This document shows, piece after piece, positions 47,760 to 50,659 of a stretch of DNA of 50,659 bases. Origin of the DNA: Actinomycetota bacterium. Its GTDB lineage: Bacteria > Actinomycetota > Acidimicrobiia > Spongiisociales > UBA4744. The translations under genes were made by a program, and so were the position numbers. The notes under the pieces were generated by a model. The model had not been told where the DNA came from. It did no database searches and saw only the letters and a list, made by a program, of their open reading frames with translations. How positions within the stretch are numbered: the first letter of the stretch is position 1; each line of letters begins with the position of its first letter. The DNA is taken from contig JAADGS010000057.1 of NCBI GenBank assembly GCA_013152275.1, forward strand, positions 1 through 50,659, given 5' to 3'.

Positions 47760-49090
47760 CAGGGCCTCCGTTCGATCGTCGGGCGGGTGTCGTGGGGGCG
47801 TTCGACTTCGGGCAACCGCTCGAAGAAGAACGAACCATCGAGTGGTTTCAAATTGTCGAACCATGTCGCCAGCGGGTCGTAGCGAGCGAGAAACGGCTTT
47901 CCGACCCAGGCGGGATCTCTCGCCTGGAGGAACGACAGCGAGAAGGCCTTTTGTGTGCCGATGCGAGTTGTTCCGTGGATCATGACTTTGCCCGGCGTGG
48001 TTGACATGACGGGGCCACGAACGGTGCGGCCGAGGCCGGAGACCTGTCTGTACGCCGCGAAGAAGATGGCGTGGGTTTGTGCCAGGGGAAGTTCGAAGTA
48101 GGCACGGGCTCCTGTGTCCCGAGCGACGAACATGTAGTAGGGCACAATGCCCAGCTGAACCTGACGGTTCCACATGGATGCCCAGATGTCCGGATCGTCG
48201 TTGATGTGGCGGGCAATCGGCGATTGTGACCTCAGTACGGCGCCGGTCTCTTTGAGGCGGCCGACTGCCGTCACCGCAGCCGGGGTGGAGAGTTCGCGGG
48301 GGTGCGTGTAGTGAATCATCAGCGCGAGGTGGAAACCTGCGTCGACCACACGTCGGAGAAGTTTGAGCAGTTCATCTGTGTCGCGGTCGCTGATGAAACG
48401 GTACGGCCAGGTGGCAGGGACCTTGGTGCCGATGCGGATGGAGGTGAGCCCGCCCGGCCTCTGATCCAGGATCGGTTGGATGTATCGGGCCAGCACCCGC
48501 GCGCGCATGGTGAATGGGTCCCCTCCGGTGATCAGCAGGTCCGTGACGTCCGGGTTCTCGCGGAGATAGCGGATCAGTGGCTGGACCTCGGTGGCGGCGA
48601 TTCGATCGTCTCCGACGAACTGTGGCCATCGGAAACAGTAGGTGCAGTAGGCGGGACAGGTCTGGCCGCGCTTCGGGAAGAACAGCACCGTTTCGCGGTA
48701 CTTGTGTTGAATGCCAGGCAGCGGTCTCCCGTCGAGAAGAGCCGCATTCAGATCGAGTTGACCGGCCGGGTGTGGATTGAGAGAACGGTGGATTCGACGT
48801 ACCGATTCGTGGAGAGCGTCGCGGCTCATCGGCTGCTCGATCCGTTCGAGGTCTCGCTCATCGAGCATCTCTGGCTGCGGGAATACGAGGCGGAAGATCG
48901 GATCGTCGGGGACGCTGTTCCAGTCGATCAACTCGTCGAGTTGATACCTGTTGACGCGGAAGGGGAAGACATGGGCGAGCGCGCGAAGACGTCCTCGATC
49001 TCGAGCTGTCCACGTTTCGAGCTGTGGAATCTGGTCTATCGACGCTTTTCCATACGCCCTGAATTGATGTGCTTTCTTCGCGACACCCAT
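47759..49090 (-). CDS. KamA-like (lysine 2,3-aminomutase family) radical SAM protein
   Basis: HKYRETVL, CPAYCTYCFR, ITGGDP, IRIGTK, HYTHPRE, PYYMF, putative PLP Lys in TPGK. Confidence 0.88.
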   Translation of the reverse strand: MGVAKKAHQFRAYGKASIDQIPQLETWTARDRGRLRALAHVFPFRVNRYQLDELIDWNSVPDDPIFRLVFPQPEMLDERDLERIEQPMSRDALHESVRRIHRSLNPHPAGQLDLNAALLDGRPLPGIQHKYRETVLFFPKRGQTCPAYCTYCFRWPQFVGDDRIAATEVQPLIRYLRENPDVTDLLITGGDPFTMRARVLARYIQPILDQRPGGLTSIRIGTKVPATWPYRFISDRDTDELLKLLRRVVDAGFHLALMIHYTHPRELSTPAAVTAVGRLKETGAVLRSQSPIARHINDDPDIWASMWNRQVQLGIVPYYMFVARDTGARAYFELPLAQTHAIFFAAYRQVSGLGRTVRGPVMSTTPGKVMIHGTTRIGTQKAFSLSFLQARDPAWVGKPFLARYDPLATWFDNLKPLDGSFFFERLPEVERPHDTRPTIERRP

Positions 49091-49285
49091 ACGTACAACA
49101 TACCCAATGATCACGTCTGCTGTGCATGGGCTTCAGGAAAACGGTGGTCTGGCGGGTTGGCCACGGCGCCGGCGCGACTTCCGCCGGTTGCTGCAGCAGC
49201 CGTTGCGCCTGCCCCGAGGCCTTGTGTCGGCGTGAGGTCGCGATGCGAAGCACAGGGTGGGTGGGCGGTGGTACTCGGCGGGTTC

Positions 49286-50659
49286 CTAGTCGTCGTTTGT
49301 GGTGGTTTCGATGGGTTTGGTGAAGAAGCGGAGGTAGGCGTAGCCGAGGGCTCCGGCGAGGAAGGATCCGGCGAAGACGCCTGTCTTTGCCATGTCGGTG
49401 AGAGCCGGGTCTCGGAAGGCGAGTGTTGTGATGAACAGGGCGACGGTGAATCCGACACCGGCGAGGAGTGCGACACCGAAGATGTGATGCCAGGTGGTGT
49501 TCTTGGGGAGTTTGCCGATGCCGAGCTTTATGGCGATGGCGGTGAAGAGCGAGACGCCGATGAACTTGCCGACCAGGAGTCCGAGTCCCACACCGAGGGT
49601 GACCTTGCTGGTGAGTTCGTCGAGGATGTTGACGCCTGTGAAGCGGACGCCTGCGTTGGCGAGGGCGAAGATCGGGATCACCAGGAAGGAGCTCCAGGGT
49701 GTGAGGGCGTGTTCGAGGCGGTTGAGTGGCGGGATCGATTCGGTTGCGATTGCCGCGACTTCTCTGGCGCCGTGGTCGACGCGAGCTTGGGAGTGGCGTG
49801 AGTCTTCTTCGGGTCCGTACGCCTTGAGTACGAAGTCGGTCTTCTCGTAGAACTGCTTGTCTGAGTACATGGCGGCGGCAGGGGTGAGGAGTCCGAGGAA
49901 CACGCCGGTGAGTGTCGGGTGCACGCCCGATTCGAGCATGAAGTACCAGATGACGAATCCGACCGCCCAGTAGAACCCCATCGAGCGGATACCGGCGCGT
50001 TCTGCGAGTTTCACCAGTGCGAACAGCACGATTGCGCCGATGAGGTATTTCAGGGCGAGGTTGGTCGTGTAGAAGATCGCGATGACGATGATGCCGCCGA
50101 TGTCGTCGGCGATGGCCAGTGTGAGCAGGAACAGTTTCGCTCCGAGAGGCACACGTTTGGAGACGAGGGCCAGAATGCCGACCGAGAAGGCGATGTCGGT
50201 CGCGACCGGGACTCCCCACCCCCGTGTGGCTTCCGGTCCGAGGTTGTGGACGAACGCAAGATAGATGACCGCCGGAAAGATCATGTGGCGCCGAGTGCCG
50301 CAAACGCCGGGAGACCCGCGGCCTTGGGGTCGCGCAGCTCACCGACGGCGAGTTCACGTTTGATCTCGAGCCCGATAACGAAGAAGAAGATCGTCATGAG
50401 GCCGTTGTTGACGACTTCTCGTAGCGTCTCGTTCAGAGCGAACCCGCCGATGTTCAGGTTGACCGCCGTCTCCCAGAACCGCTCATAGCTTTCACCACCC
50501 GGCAGGTTCGCCCACACGATCGCGACGACCGCCGCGATGAGCAGCAGGACACCAGACGCCGCCTCGATCTGCATGAACCGCAGCACAGGAGAAATGAAGA
50601 TCCTCGGAACGGGCCGCTGAGAATGCAGCCACGTACGATGAACGCGATCACGATCCGGC
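49286..50659 (-). CDS. nhaA: Na+/H+ antiporter NhaA with a frameshift near 50285 (5' end outside the window)
   Basis: EAASGVLL, NNGLMTIFFF..GLEIKRE, ATDIAF, LAIADDIG, SGVHPT, GVGFT. The expected AALGGM reads AALG + gccac + ATG. Confidence 0.88.

Overview
High-GC actinobacterial-type chromosome segment. Gene content and many apparently leaderless genes suggest Acidimicrobiia (inference). The left end (1-3040) is an accessory block at the 3' end of tRNA-Phe: a small secreted two-Cys peptide, a lipoprotein and a peptidoglycan-binding adaptor, with att-like scars. Core-like genes follow: tRNA-Phe/Asp, Zn-dependent dehydrogenase, TPP-riboswitch thiamine ABC transporter, pspC/liaF-like operon, fabH, glpD, a frameshifted Rossmann-fold gene and tRNA-Lys. 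A second accessory stretch (~18-33 kb) holds an APH-like kinase, catalase, an IS256 remnant, a coupled pair of atypical MutS-family ATPases (both with Asn-Glu in Walker B), PadR, PPK2, a single-ORF fusion of an endonuclease-IV-like TIM barrel to a LigD-type primase-polymerase, an LLM reductase, a uracil permease with a candidate attenuator and an MFS pump. The right part has an esterase, a cobalamin-riboswitch ABC transporter, a 5'-3' (flap) exonuclease, M3 peptidase, DUF72, thioredoxin, a long TPM protein, a KamA-like radical SAM enzyme coupled to a Zn-ribbon and a frameshifted nhaA. Several hairpin/REP-like repeat families lie between genes. No CRISPR array. The best candidates for an undescribed system are the EndoIV-PrimPol fusion and the nearby MutS pair. 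All family calls come from motif recognition by eye; no searches were run.
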